Below, piece after piece: positions 15,201 to 31,380 of a stretch of 64,000 nucleotides of DNA. The notes below the pieces were generated by a model that had not been told where the DNA came from, ran no database searches, and was given only the letters and a program-made list of their open reading frames with translations. The position numbers and the translations under genes are program-made. Every line of letters starts with the position of its first letter. Positions within the stretch are counted from its first letter, which is position 1. The DNA comes from the human T2T-CHM13v2.0 reference genome, Homo sapiens: assembly GCF_009914755.1 (NCBI RefSeq), contig NC_060927.1; one strand, 5' to 3'.

Positions 15201-18197
15201 ATGTGTATCATATACTATAACTTATAACAAGGAAAAAAGTAAGATGATGTTGGAGAATCAAAAGTTGAACTATACATTGTAATATCTTTCAATTCTAAAA
15301 AGTTTTATATTATACATATATTCATTGGCCTATTTGGAACCTTTCAAATTGACCTGGCACTATCTCTACAAGCCCACACCACAGCTGGGTGAAAATGACC
15401 CAGTGCGCTCCCCTGCCCCTTTGGGACCCTGTCTGCTTCGCCTCAACTGCTCGGTTGCCTCCTCCGTTCATTTTCTCCTCAGCTTTTCTGGCTTCTCTAA
15501 TCCCACAGTAGTGCTCCACCACGAACCTTTGTCTTCACCTGGCATAGGAATAGGTAGCCTGGAGTTGGATTTCCCAATCCCACTGCTGATTTTTGTAATG
15601 GACTCCAGGTCTCAAGCCTAACACTAGAGAGAACCGTACCTGCTGAGATCAGTTAGATTAGAACCCCCTCTCTAAGGGGATCAAAAACCACATACTTAAA
15701 GCCTGAATATGCAAGTATCAGTAGACCAAAGATAGAATTTTAGCCCTGGGAAAACCTTAAATTAACAGAAAATGAAGAGGAAAAGGATTAGACTGAAATC
15801 AGAATTGATGAGATTAAATGAACCAATGCTTATATAGTGTTTGGCACTTAGTAGGTATTCAGTAATTAATACCTTACCTGGGACACTGGAGAACTGAATA
15901 ATAAATAGTTTACTTCTTTCATGCCTCATTACTCATTTATTATCTCCAGGAAAAATTAAGAGGTTACATTAGTTAATACCTAAGTCAACTCTGTCTGGAG
16001 AAATTGTCATGTACTTTCCCTTAGATTGAAGTTTGATTATACATAAAGCCATATAGCCCTGACATGAGAAACAACAGTCTTACTGAGTCAGTTTAACTGT
16101 TAAAATTGTGATTTATAAATTTTCCCACCAGAGGGCATAATATCAAAGCCAATGGCTGCTGAGCTGCAGCTGGTGTACCGTGTACCATTTACCGGGTATA
16201 ATTGTTTCATTCTGTTGATTTTGGAACGGAACTTTAGCTTCCTAGGTGGTGACACTTGCCCCCTCCTGTTTAACATCCATTTTAATATAATCCACACTTC
16301 ATTCTTCACATGTTTAGGGTGTGCTTGACTCTGAAATCCGCAAATAATTTTACCAAAATGGCTTTTCACATCTGCTTATTGGAACAGACCTTTTTTTAAA
16401 GTTCCAACTTTTCTTTCCAATAGGCAAAGAGATTTTAACTTTGAAACAATCTTGAAATTTAAACTTACAATAACACACCGTGGTGCCTTTAAGCACCGTT
16501 AAAATCTAGCTTCAACTCTACGTGGGTGTTAGTGGTTAAAAAGCACTGGGATAATTTTACCAATTTGTTCTGTGCTATGAATCTGGCTTATATGCAAATC
16601 CTTGGGACATTGAAGAAATGTACGTGTTCTTATCTTTATCATGTTCTAAATAAAATATATTACCCTCAAAATTTAAAAGTATATATTTATATCTAAAATA
16701 CCACAATTTTCTGGCCTAATTTATGATTGTTTTCTACTTTCTCCAAATATGTGTTTATTTAAAATATTGGCAGTTTGGCAAGATTTTAATACATATAATA
16801 GCAAACTATGTACTATTCCTACTCTGAGAAAGGAATAGATAGAAAGGTCATTATTAACAGTACTCTTAAACTTTGGGCCAACGATAGAATTTTTCCTTCA
16901 TCTATTCAAATCAAATCTTATTAAGGGCATTTACCCCCAGTACTGTGATGTTCTTGTTAGTGATTTAATGGACTGATACAGTGGAGTTATAAACTAGTGA
17001 GAAAATATTAAATCTAAAGAGCAAAGCAGGTTATGAAAACAAACTCTAATGCACTATAAAATCAACACTTTCATTCTGAGAAATATAATTTGTGATATTC
17101 TTTCCTCCTTTTTTTGAAAGTGAGAGAGTGGGCAATATGCCATTCAAAATAAAAGCTATTTTTATAACTGTATAGAGAAGGATTTTTATAAATTGTCTAA
17201 TTGGAGAAAATGACTAAAATTGAAATTAATAAAATGAAAAAGACTCAAATATGATTAGATATTAATTTAAAAATCAAGGAAACTCTATAAAGGCAGGTTA
17301 TTTTACTAGAACAGAATCTTTTCAACCATAAGTAATGTTCTAAAGCAATATTTTATTTCCCCTTTGACATGAATGTATTTCACATATAATCATGGTTGGA
17401 ATATTGTTTTGATGGAGGAGAATGTATTCCTACATATAGTTATTTTTAAAAGATTATAAATTGTGAACACTTCCTATCACAACAATTTCATGAATTCAAT
17501 TAGGGGAATGGTACAATATATTCTCAATATAAAAATTATCTTTTGTGGGGGCAAATAACTTACATTTGGGAGCTGAGTATCTATCTGACGAAAGATATGT
17601 TAATTTGGATCTTAGGGAGAACAAATAGGGTCACTAAAGGGCATTTTGTGGCCTCTTCTCTGACCCCATTCTCTCTCAGAAATACCAGTCTGGTGTTGGA
17701 GTACCCATCACAGAGATTATGAATGAAACCCCGTTTTACTGGGCTCTTCCTGAAAAATAGCCATTTTTATTTAAAACTGGACAATCAGAGTTACTCGAAG
17801 ATCAGCTGCCTCAAATAAACTTAGTCCACATGGAAAGCTTAAGACAGGAGGAATGGAGGTAAACCAAATTCTAAGTATCAAACTCTCTCTTCTGCCTGAC
17901 TCCAGTAAAATAAAATTTTGATCAAAGTTTATCTGAGTCAGAATCCTTTTATGAAAAACTCCCTTCTAGAGAAAAAAATGCCATTCCTTAAAAATGTTTA
18001 AGTAGTTTTCTGATTAACTTGCATAGAATTAAGATTTGTTCTGAGAAACTATTTTCTAGTGAACTATTTATCTACCTAGTGATCTATCTAGTGAACTTCA
18101 AACTTTTTAAAGCTATAACATAAAAATGATTTTCTAACTATTCTTTTTTCTAAATGAAATGCACCTACCATGAGAAAATCTTTGAATTGGCCTCCCT

Positions 18198-18838
<641 letters not shown>

Positions 18839-19920
18839 CTAATGGCCTTTTTCCCTTTATGGCAAGACTGTAACAAAACTTTGATGTATGCTCCTAACTA
18901 AATTGTCTGAAGTGTATTAACACTACTCAAAATATGCTTCAACTATCTAAATAGCTATTAACTACTCAAGATTTAACTGAAGTCCCATTTAGTTTTTGGA
19001 ATTTTAAAACAAATATCGCACAGCAATTTCACTATGGCGAATACTGGAATTCTTTAATACAGGGGCAATGAAAGCAAAGACGGTTTTCAGAACTGTGTAT
19101 CAGTGCCTAAGTACATCCCTTGTAATCTCATACAACTAGAAGGCAAGGAGGAAGAAAAAAAAGGAGGGTTAGAAATCATCTGGAAACCATGTAAAAAAAT
19201 ATCTTTATAAGTAGCTGTATTTTCCTAATCAGATATATAGAAAATTAGTTAAATTTAGAAGGAAAAAGAGAAAAACCTTCGGGGAGATTTATGTACCTTT
19301 TTTTCCAAGAGGAAAACCAATTTCCTTACAAAAAGTTATTCATTGGAAGTAACCAAGCTAAACTGCACACCAATAGAAGTAATAGATCAGTTGAGTCTAA
19401 GAAAAGATTAGAGACCCAGCTCCTGAAAAGTATAATTTGGGCTGCAATTGAGTGAGTTAATGCTGGTTGACTTGCATGCTCTGTGTATGTAATTTTCTCT
19501 AGAGATTACCCACATTCAATTCTCCAAACTTCTGTGAACAGAGTGCTATTACCAATGTTAGATTCTTTCAATGACATGAATTTATACCTCTAGTGTCCTA
19601 AACAATTTCACTGGATTTATAATAATTTCTGGATCTTGCTCCGGGATGTCTTATGGGGAAGCTTTGTATCCCAGCTGGATTAATGGGCAATTGAAATAAT
19701 CTATGTTTAAAAATTCATATATTATACTGTTATTATTTATCACATCTATCATAAGTCTCAAACTTTACTGTTGTTTTGAATGATTAATAGGACAGTCAGT
19801 TTCAAGGGAGGGTAGGCCTCTTAACTAAGTATGAAAAGCATTTGCAGAGATCTAAGAATTAGAATAAATGATATTCTTTTCCATTTGACAAACATTAACT
19901 AATAGTATTTGAAAAAGTAA

Positions 19921-20265
<345 letters not shown>

Positions 20266-21494
20266 TAAAATGCATAAAGTATGATAATTCCTGCCCCTGC
20301 CTATCCCACATAGTTGTGAAATGCAAATATGGTGAGCTATGTGAAAACACATTGTGAAGAGGGCAAAGAACTATGAAACTATTATATTTTGCCCATATTT
20401 CTAACATTAGAGTAGACGTCCTATGTATGCAGTAAGGTCTTGAAGTGAAATTATTTTCTAAAGCATGTGCCATCCACAATAAACACTCACATTCTTGCAA
20501 ATGAGTCTCCATTTACTTTGTACTTTTGAGGATAATGTTTACCTTTTCCTACACTCTCGATTTCTCTGTGCTGGGATAATGCTGTAATTGTATTTAACCC
20601 TGTGGAGCTCAGTGGATAACCTGTAAAATAATCAGGTTATTGATTTCTGTAGAAGCCTTAAGTTTGTAACCTAGAATAGATACCTTTTTGCTGCAAATTA
20701 AAAGTAACACCTTCACAATCATGTAAGCAATTTATCTACATATGTTGGAAGACAGATATTTGCCTGGATAGGGAAGAGCCCAGTGAAGGGATGCCAAATT
20801 ATAAAAAATCAATAGGAAAAACTAGACACATAAGTAGACCTGAAACAAATAGCATGTAAGACCAGATAGCCCAATTAGTAAAAGGTGATGACGTGGTGGT
20901 TAGTATTTGGAGGGAAGAAGACGTTGGCACATTACATGCAACCAAAAAAATAATGAAGATATTATGATCATAACCATGGAGAAAATTAGCTTCAGAAATA
21001 GAATTATTGAATCACTGTCAATTGGGGATTGATGATACAAAAGGATCACTCATTAAAAGTTTTTACGCAATCATTGATTTGTTTATAATGTAGTTTGGAC
21101 ACCAAAAGAGGAAAAACAAACCTCAAGAGGGCTAATATTCATTCTGCAAAATGGAAGATATAAGGCTAAACATGGGGAGTTAAGAAAGCATTGTCCTCAT
21201 AACACATATTCTAAGGGATTGGAAAGGGAGCCACCATATGATGCTAATCAGAGGGAAAGTTTCCCAATGGCTGTCTAGTGTCTGCCTTCTACAGTGTTGG
21301 GGATGACTGGTCAACCAAGATGCTGCCACGAAAACTGGCCAAGTGGACAGAGTCCTAGATTCAGAGAGGGACTGAGAATCTTCAATTTTCATCCAGTGTT
21401 GGAGCAATAGGGTCATAGGAAATATCTGGTATATACTATTTGCTGTCAAAGAAAGAAATTGTGTACAAAATTTATAACATAAATATTCTTTTTT

Positions 21495-21768
21495 AAATTA
21501 ACATACTTTATATTTTTTAGTTGTTTTAGGCTTACAGAAAAATTAAGCAGAAAGTACTCAAAATACATCCCCCTGCCTGAAATTAAGAAGAAAGTATTGA
21601 AAATATGTCCCCATATACTCTCTCACCCCATTTCCTCTATTATTAACATCTTGCATTAATTAGTGTGGTACATGTGTTACAATTTATAAGCCAATATTGG
21701 TACATTATTACTAATTAAAGGCCATAGTTTACATTAGGGTTCACTATTTGCATTGCACATTCTATGTG
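21495..21768 (-). mobile_element. L1MC/L1MB 3'-end fragment
   Basis: tattattaacatcttgcatt...gtgtggtacat...catagtttacattagggttcact is typical of an L1MC 3'UTR in reverse. Confidence 0.7.
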
Positions 21769-22884
21769 GACACTCTTGCTTAAGAATGCTAAGTTTCTAA
21801 TGTAAATTAACAAAATATTCTATAAGAGTCTATTCTAGTAATAAAAATACCCATAAAAATGCCTTGCTAACCTCTTTAATATTCTAACGAAAAGTTGGGA
21901 ATTGTTTCAATAAAAGTAAATTGGGGAAATTTAAATCTTTAAATGAGGAGTTAGGGGAGTAAATGAACTCAACGCATGTAAAGGGCCCAGTAGTGGCTGG
22001 CACAAAGTAAAGGCACAATAAATACAGGCAATTGTTATTATTGTAGTCAATATTTCTCATACGTTGTAGAACTTATTTGAGGAGGTAATATAATACCCAT
22101 GACAAGCTGAAGAAAAGATTGAGTAAGCTACTTCACAAACTGCTGCAACAGAGGTTCCAAGAAAAATCCAGTAAAATGAGAACAAATTCACATAGGTGTT
22201 GAAATCACGCTTACATTTTTAGAGGAAACACATGCAACCCCAGGGCAAATAGTCAAGAATTAGATGAAAATAAAGATTGTAGGAACCTATATAATCTAGC
22301 AGCAATGGCCTTCAAGATTACAATTGTTCATCAATGTTAACGCAATGAGGTCATCATTCATGTTCATGATTCTGTTGATAATGTAGCTTGCCTTTTGGAA
22401 ACTTTCTTTACAGCTACCTCTCATGGAGTAGGAATGAGTAAGTAAGGGTGAAATAGAGCAATAAAGCATCGCAGAGCTGTAGTTAAGATTGACTTCTATT
22501 CCTTTTATTGGGGCCATTTCATGTTAATGACATTAGAGTGTAATTGCTAAATCAGGTTGAACACCTCCCACACTGGAAGCGCTAAAATCCTTAGACCAGA
22601 ACACTGGACATTTCTCACTGTGATGGTTCTAAGTGCTTAACAGTATTCTACCAATTATCTTCTTTATGATTCACATACAACATTTGACCCAGATATGTGC
22701 ACAGACACAGCCATATAAATCTTGTGGATATGAATTATACAATTAATTCATTTGGTTTAGTTTCATTGACACCTGGATAATATGGATTAAATGCTGGTTA
22801 AAATTATCTTGATTCCTATAGTCTGTCTGTACTAAATCCTAAGTAAGGTATTAAATCTCTCTACTAGGTTGGGAGTGCAGGATA

Positions 22885-23035
22885 GCAAATTTCAGTGTGC
22901 TTAGGAATTACCTAAGGCTCTTGTTAATATGCAGATAAAGATTCAGGAGCTCTGGGGTGAGGCTTGAAACTCTGCATTTCTAACAGGCTCCTGGTGCCAC
23001 TGATGCTGTTGGTCCAAGGGCGCAATTTAAATTGC
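22885..23035. mobile_element. MER5A-like hAT-Charlie MITE
   Basis: ctggggtgaggcttgaaactctgcatttctaacaggctcctggtg...gatgctgttggtcc. Confidence 0.7.
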
Positions 23036-23054
23036 AAGAGTAAGTTTAGCTTAC

Positions 23055-23250
23055 AAGTTCTGGAGTCAGTCACACTTTGGAAAAGTTGCCTAAGCAATTT
23101 CAGCCTCAGCCTTCTCACTTACAAAAAGGGCACAATAAGAATTATCTCTCTCTACTATTTATTGTGAAGATTAAGTGAGATAATGAATGCTGAATGGTCA
23201 GTTTAAGGCCAAGCACACCAAAAAAATGCACCTAAAGAGCTAGCTCTTGT
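23055..23250 (+). mobile_element. MIR
   Basis: ttctggagtcag...cctcagccttctcacttacaaaa...ttgtgaagattaagtgagataat. Confidence 0.65.
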
Positions 23251-23559
23251 TGTCACTTTTGTTATTTCTACTATCTCTTCGTCAGTGAAAGGATATGCAT
23301 TTTACAAATCTTTTTATGAACTCATTGATTCATTTGGCAATTAAAAGTTATTGATTAAAAGCAAAGAAATGATAACTAAGAGGCTAAGCCTAGCAGGGAA
23401 CATACAAAAGGATGGAAAGAAATAGTACATGAGGCCCAAATTGTGATATATTTGACAATCAAAGCCAAAATGAACTTATGGCTGAAGCTAGAAAATTGAT
23501 AGTTGCCCATGATGGCCTTAATTGCTCTAAATCTGATCCAAAGCCATATTCTGTCAGTT

Positions 23560-24090
23560 CCATCATTCAAACCGCTCTCAGATCCAACCGAGTAGCATCC
23601 AGGTTCAAACTTTCATAACCTCCTAACTGTTATCTTGCTTCCTGCCTTGGCTACCTTATATCTATTTTCATCATCTGGTCAGAACGACCGTTAAAAGCGC
23701 ATATCCTCTGTTTAGCATCCTACAACCTACAGAGTAGGATGCAGGCTACAGGATGCTAAACAGAGGATATGTGCTTTTGAAAGTCCAAACTGCAGAACAC
23801 AGGTCTCAAGTACTGAGCTGTCATTGCCCTCCATTCCATCTTTATCTCCTACTCCCTCCTACCCATACTCTGGCCTCCTGGAACAACAGGCAACACTGAG
23901 GCTCTACCTCGCTGCTGCCCTCCCCCTTGCCTTCCCTCTGCCTGGATTCCTTCTCTCATATCTTTACCTGGTTCCCTCTTTTTGAAATAAACTTAAGGTC
24001 TCAGATGAGGAGTCATTTCCCCAGAGGCGTCTCCTGGCCCCCTAAGTGTGGTCTCGCAGTCCTACCCTGGCACAGCACTTACTGACTTAC
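23560..24090 (+). mobile_element. L2 relic (contains the 23693-23778 hairpin)
   Basis: L2 3'-region motifs (aaagtccaaact, ttccctctgcctggattccttctc, gtcatttccccagagg). Confidence 0.6.
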
Positions 24091-25083
24091 CACTTGATCA
24101 ATAGGACAATAGGTAAAGTATGGAATATTCACATATTTGTATGTTATCAACCTAAAATGGATTAACTACAGCTAAAACTATAACATGGATGAATGTTATA
24201 AAAATCATAAATGGGGAAAAATGAAATGTAACACTATTTTCATAAAGCTCTAAAGCACATCAAAAAACTGTAATAAAATTCAGAATAAGATTTACTTCTG
24301 GGGGTGGAAAGGAAAAGAGAATAGAGAAGAGCAAACAATTATGTTTGACAGTTTTGGTAATATTGTAGTTTATAGTTTGCTGAAAGATTCATGAATTTTC
24401 ATTTTTAAATTACTCTCCAAGGCCCGGGAAAGGTGTAATAAAGGCCATAGGGCATAGCTTCTTAAACTTACCTCTCTTCAACTGTTTTAGAAAAGTAAAT
24501 AAGATGCCAATATCAAGCTTTCACCATCCCCAAAGCTCTATCCTTTCCCAAAGCACCAGCACCAGCCAGACACACACAGATGCAAACCAGACTTCACACA
24601 ATTGCCACTGATAAGAAAAATGCAGCCACGGAAGAGATTCCCTCAGCAGAGATGTTGCTGCAATTACAGCTAATATGGCCACACCTCCACATTCTCTGCA
24701 TCACTAATGGTAAAAAGACCAACTGAAGTGATCAACTTAAATAAAACTTTCCCGTAGTTCCCCATTCCAGCTGAGCAGGGGTCAAGTTTCCGTGAATACC
24801 CTTTGCTTTAGTACCATAAAAACTTAGTGAGTCATCCTATCTCCCTTTCTTGTAGGTTTATGTATTTTCCCACACAAATTTTATACCCAGAGAACATTAT
24901 AAAATAGTTCTAAATATACCACTTAAGTCAAAACGGGAGGCATTCACTATAAACTGGTTCTGGAATGTCAGTATGTCTAATGGAAGAGGCCAGTGAGTTA
25001 GCTCTTCTATGGTCAACTTGATACTCTGGCATGTTTCATTTTTGTAGGCAGAGGTTTCACATCAGGTTCCAAGTCTTATTTTC

Positions 25084-25240
25084 TTTTCTTTCTTAAAAAT
25101 TTGTAATTTTTTTTTTTTTTTTGAGAATGGGGGTTTTACCATGTTGCCCTGGCTGGTCTCTAACTCCTGGGCTCAAGTGCTCCACCTGCCTCAGCCTCCC
25201 GAAGTGCTGGGATTACAGGCATGAATCACCAAACCCAGTC
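25084..25240 (-). mobile_element. Alu monomer (FLAM_C-like)
   Basis: Single reverse Alu arm with poly(T) and an approximate TSD agtc(t/a)tattttct. Confidence 0.8.
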
Positions 25241-25306
25241 CTGAGTCATATTTTCTAATGCAAGTTCTTACCTTGATATCTCTGAAGATATTTTATAGTC
25301 CCTTCT

Positions 25307-26228
25307 TATGGTAGATTATTTGCAAAGATGGCTACTGTGATGGAATAAATGCTTGTGTCACCCCAAAATTATACTGAAATCCTAACACCCAAGTTGATTG
25401 TATTAGGAGGTAGGACCTTTGGGAAGTAATTAGGTTATAAGCCCTCATGAGTGAGATGAGTGCCCTTATAAAAAGGATGCCAGAGAGCTCTCTCATCTTC
25501 TTTCCACCATGTGAAGATACACTAGAAATTGTTCATCTGCAATCGTGAAGAGGGCCCTCACCAGAACCTTACCATACCAGCACCCTGATCTAGGACTTCT
25601 AGACTCCAGAGCTGTGAGAAATAAATATCTATTGTTTATAAGACGCCAGTCTATGATACTTTGTTATAGCAGCCTGAATTAAGACAGCTACAATAATCCT
25701 TCCCCTCCCTGTATGCCTACCCTTTTGCAATGTGACATTATTATACTTCCCAGCAAGAGGTGAAGCCTATTTCCCTATGTATTGAATCTCAGCTGCCCTT
25801 GTGATAATTTGACCAATACAAGGCAGTGAGAGCAATGTTGTCTGGCTTCTGAGACTGGACCTCAAGAGGCCTTGCATTTCTGTCCCCACTCTCTTGGAAT
25901 GCTGACCTGTGAGCACCATATGAAGAAGCCACTAGGGAATGAGAAGCTACATGGATTAAAACCCCACCTGTGCCCCCCAGAACAATCAGCCAACAGTCAG
26001 AACCAATCACCAGACAGGTGAGTGGGCCCATCTTAGACCATCCATCCCAGTCAAGGAACTGGATGAATGTGGTCACATGGGTGACCTCAGATGAGAACCA
26101 CAGAACTGCCCAGCTGAGCCCAGCCTAAATTGTTGAGCCACAGAATTGTGAGCTATTAAAACAACCGTTGTCTTAAGCCCATTATGTTTTGGGGGTAGTT
26201 TGTGACATAGAAATAGGTAACTGATATA
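25307..26228 (+). mobile_element. Old MLT1 (F/H-like) solo LTR, split by a younger LTR
   Basis: Starts tatggtagattatttgcaaagatggctac, resumes at 25687, and ends ...aataggtaactgatata. Confidence 0.65.
25336..25686 (+). mobile_element. MLT1A/MST-type solo LTR nested in the older MLT1
   Basis: TG...CA ends, 5-bp TSD gctac at 25331-25335 and 25687-25691, and an internal agaaataaat polyA signal. Confidence 0.85.
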
Positions 26229-26403
26229 CTCCCCTGATTTTTTTTTACCTCTTATCTGAATGGAGTTGATGTGTGTGAGCGTGTGTGTGTAGAAGCAGAG
26301 TCACATTTACTGTAACTTGGTTGGAGCAAAATCCATCAGATTTTGGTCAAATCAAGAAAAAAATGACTATGTCTGAGGGTACTGAAGAATAAAGGTGAGC
26401 TGA

Positions 26404-26736
<333 letters not shown>

Positions 26737-27799
26737 AACTTGAATTTTTCATTTAAAAGGAATCCCATATTTGGAATCCTTAGGATAGGTTGTTTAATAA
26801 GAAGACTTCTCAGATAAATTCTCCTTCAGAATAGAGTCCTCTTCAATTATTCTTACACATTTTTCTTATGTTATTAGGCATTTTTCTTTTTTACCACAAC
26901 AATCTTACATATCATTTTTCAACATTTCCTAATTTGGAGTTAGTATTTGTTCCCCTTTTTTATTCCCTCGGGACTTGCTTCATTTTCTCTCCCCTGTGCT
27001 GTTATTCTTACTGCAACATCTTCGAGGTTGTGATAGGCAGCTAGATTGGTGAATGATACACGGGCTCACACAGCTCTGACGGCTTCACCTCTTTCACCTC
27101 TAAACTACATCTCTGATGATCTCCACAGTCCTCTCCATTCTACCTTTTGTTTCTTTTTCCCAAAACTTCACTCTCCTCTCTGCTGCCAGAAATACAGCCC
27201 GTGCATGCTGTGATATGCATATGAGAAACCACACTGCTATGCAGCTTGGGTTGTACTTGACAGATTAGAGATTATTTTTTCTTATTTGGCTGTGTCAGGG
27301 CAGCAGTGTATTTATTTTTCTCTTTGACACCAGTGACAGCTATAACTGTGCCCACTCAGAATCCAGAGAGTAAATGAATGCACAGAGGAAGCATGGGGTC
27401 TTCCAGCCTAACTCAACACAGCCTCCCTAAGCTCTGCTGTTTTGCAGCTGGCTGAAAACGGAATCACAGAGAGCAGCAGCCCAGACGTAGGCTCCAGGGG
27501 CAGTGAAGAAGACATGGTTTGGAAAGAAGGGAAGGGAGAGGGGAGAAACAAGAGAGAAGGTGAAGACAGCTGGGAAAAGAGAATGAAAATATAGTGGCTC
27601 TGCAGCTGATAAGAACTGACCAGGAATACTGGCGACATCACTCTTGGCACTTTTTCCTCTCTGCTGCTGCCTGCCAACCCGAGTTGTTCTTATTAAAACA
27701 CACAGACAAAAACAACAGAAGAATCAGAGTTTCCCAGAAATGGAAGTAAGCAACATAATCAGAGTTTTATAAATCTACTAAATAGCTCCCATCATTTGT

Positions 27800-28400
27800 T
27801 GTCTCTCTTATTTTCTTTTTAATATAATTGATACATGCAAGAGAATATATAGACGATATACACAATTATAAATCATCATAATATTTTGAATACCTAGAAA
27901 CATACCCCAACCCATGAGCCAGAACATTATCAATCATTTGTCTTTATTTGTTTCTTTTCATTCCATTCTTTTGCCTCTCCCCCAGAAATAATCATACCAT
28001 TGAATTTTGTTTTAATTCCCCTGCTTACTACATACATGCATATATACCTTTACACCTCCATACATGCTTGCATGCTTAAACAAAATTGTTTTTTCTTGGT
28101 CATCTGTGAACATTTTGAAAAGATACCATATTACATGTGATATTACAGGACTTGATTTGTTTATTTTACATTGTTTTTGAAATTTATCCATGTCATCATA
28201 GATGACTTTATTTCACTGTTTTTCACTGCTGTGTAATATTATGTTATGTGAATTTATTTGCCTATTCTGTTAATAGAATCTGAGTGTTTCCAAGTTTTTG
28301 CTATTGTGAAGTGTTGCTACAAATATCCTTATACATGTCTCCTTAGTGCTCATATGTAAGTGGGTCCGTAAGAAAAATACTTAGAAATAGTTATAAGGTA
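27800..28400 (-). mobile_element. Ancient L1M fragment
   Basis: tttatccatgt, cactgctgtgtaatatt, tgtttccaagtttttgctattgtgaa are reverse L1M 3' motifs. Confidence 0.6.
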
Positions 28401-28479
28401 TACAAATACAAATGAATTATATAAGAATATATTTATAAATGTAAATATATATACTCATAAATATATATATTGGAGTAAA

Positions 28480-29690
<1,211 letters not shown>

Positions 29691-30530
29691 ACAAGACGGC
29701 CACCAAGTCTGGGAACACAGATAGGTACATAATAAGTAGTTTATTGTTATTACCTCACAGTACATGGTAAAATCATAGCATGCATATCTCCATACTTTAC
29801 GGCCACCCTGAGTGCATCCTAGAGAAACCTTTAGTTCTAGCTAAACAAGGAGATATGTAAAATTCTCACCGTCCTGACTTTCTCTTTGCCCAGGCTCTTG
29901 AAAAACATACTAATTCTGTGCTTTTGTGGATTGCAGCTTCCTAGAGAATCTGATGAAATGGGATCAATGCAGACTGTCTCCCATGAAAAATTCTCTGCTT
30001 CCCTGAAATCCTTCTATGTACCATCTCAGGGTCACTCTTCCCTGGGTTAGAAACCCTGTTCTAAATCATTCTCTTTCCAGGGTTAGAGCTTAAGGAAGGC
30101 ACTGAGGTACAGATTGGCCTCCATCTATGAAGGACACATCCTCAGGTTTGGGTTCTAGACAAGTAAATGTGTCCTGTCATCCAGGTTTAGAAGTCAGCAT
30201 TTTGGGGCTACTGAGACTCACCATATCTATCCTAATTAAGAACAGGTTCCAGAACCTGTTCCAAGGGCACTTAGGTCTCAAGGTCCCCAGTTGAGCAGGC
30301 ACAGTGGCACACAAGAGGGCAGAGGGAGAGTGTCCACACAGCCCCCTCACTCCTATGCCTCATGGACAGATGGGTAGAGGTGTCAGGCACAGTCCTATGC
30401 TGTGTATATTCAAGAAGCCCAATGAGAAATCAATACTTCTCAAGAATGTTTATATGAATAATGTAAACAACCTCATAATATTTATAAATCCATGTTTTCC
30501 TGAGTGAGTTACCGAGTCCAGCATTCTAGC

Positions 30531-30892
30531 TGATATGGTTTGGCTGTGTCCCTACCCCAAATCTCATGTTGAATAGTAATCTGAATTATAATCCCCATAT
30601 GTTAGGGGAGGGACCTTGTGGGAGGTGATTAGATCATGGGGGTGGTACCCCATGCTGTTCTTATGATAGTGAGTGAGTTCTCATTAGATCTGATAGTTTT
30701 ATAAGGGGCTCTTCCCTGCTTCGCTCTCATTCTCTCTCTTGCCGCCTTGTGAAGAGGTGCCTTCTGCCATGATTGTAAGTTTCCTGAGGCCTCCCCAGCC
30801 ATGCGGAACTGTGAGTCAATTAAACCTCTTTTCTTTATAAATTACCCAGTCTCAGGTATTTCTTCACTGCAACATGAGAATGGACTAATACA
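30531..30892 (+). mobile_element. THE1 (C/D-like) MaLR solo LTR
   Basis: tgatatggtttggctgtgtccc...gaactgtgagtcaattaaacctctt...ggactaataca. Confidence 0.92.
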
Positions 30893-31164
30893 TTAAGCAA
30901 GTAAAATGGATTCGTACCATTCCTCCAACCACCTTCAGTAAGAAAAGACAGGTTTGAATTCCTGTTTGCAATTATATTCACAGCCAATTCTGAAATATTT
31001 AGATTTTTCATGATTTCTAGCCATAATGATAAATGTAAGAATCTGAAATTATTGAGGTCTTAGTCTGTCAGACAGATATAATTACTGATACATACTGCCC
31101 ATTTCATGCAATACTGCAGGACACATAAAGTGTCATTTTAGGAGGAGGAGAAGGACAAGGAGAT

Positions 31165-31380
31165 TCTAAGAGCATGTGTTCTAGAGTCAGACTGGCTCTG
31201 AGTTTACTACCACTTACTGTATAATCTTGGACAAGTCTAAACTACAGCATCTTCATATGTAAAATAATGATAATAACAGTATTTACCTCATAGGGGTAGT
31301 ATAAGATAAAATGAGATAATACATGTAAAAAGCATAAGTCAGTGTCTGGCACATGGAAAGAAAATTTTTAAATGAGGTAT
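31165..31380 (+). mobile_element. MIR
   Basis: ctagagtcagact...accacttact...catatgtaaaata...tacctcatagg. Confidence 0.65.

Noticed and set aside
16100-16620. Unique sequence with CCAAT, E-box and octamer (atgcaaat) motifs; similar E-box/GATA cluster at 27400-27700
   Set aside because: These could be enhancers, but short motifs alone are not evidence without conservation or chromatin data.
21540-21612. Diverged 40-bp-period tandem duplication in the L1MC fragment
   Set aside because: It is an ordinary old slippage duplication.
25307-26228. LTR nested within an LTR
   Set aside because: It is real and listed as features, but commonplace.
30240-30261. 10-bp-arm palindrome gaacaggttc-ca-gaacctgttc
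   Set aside because: Its length is within chance expectation for 64 kb.
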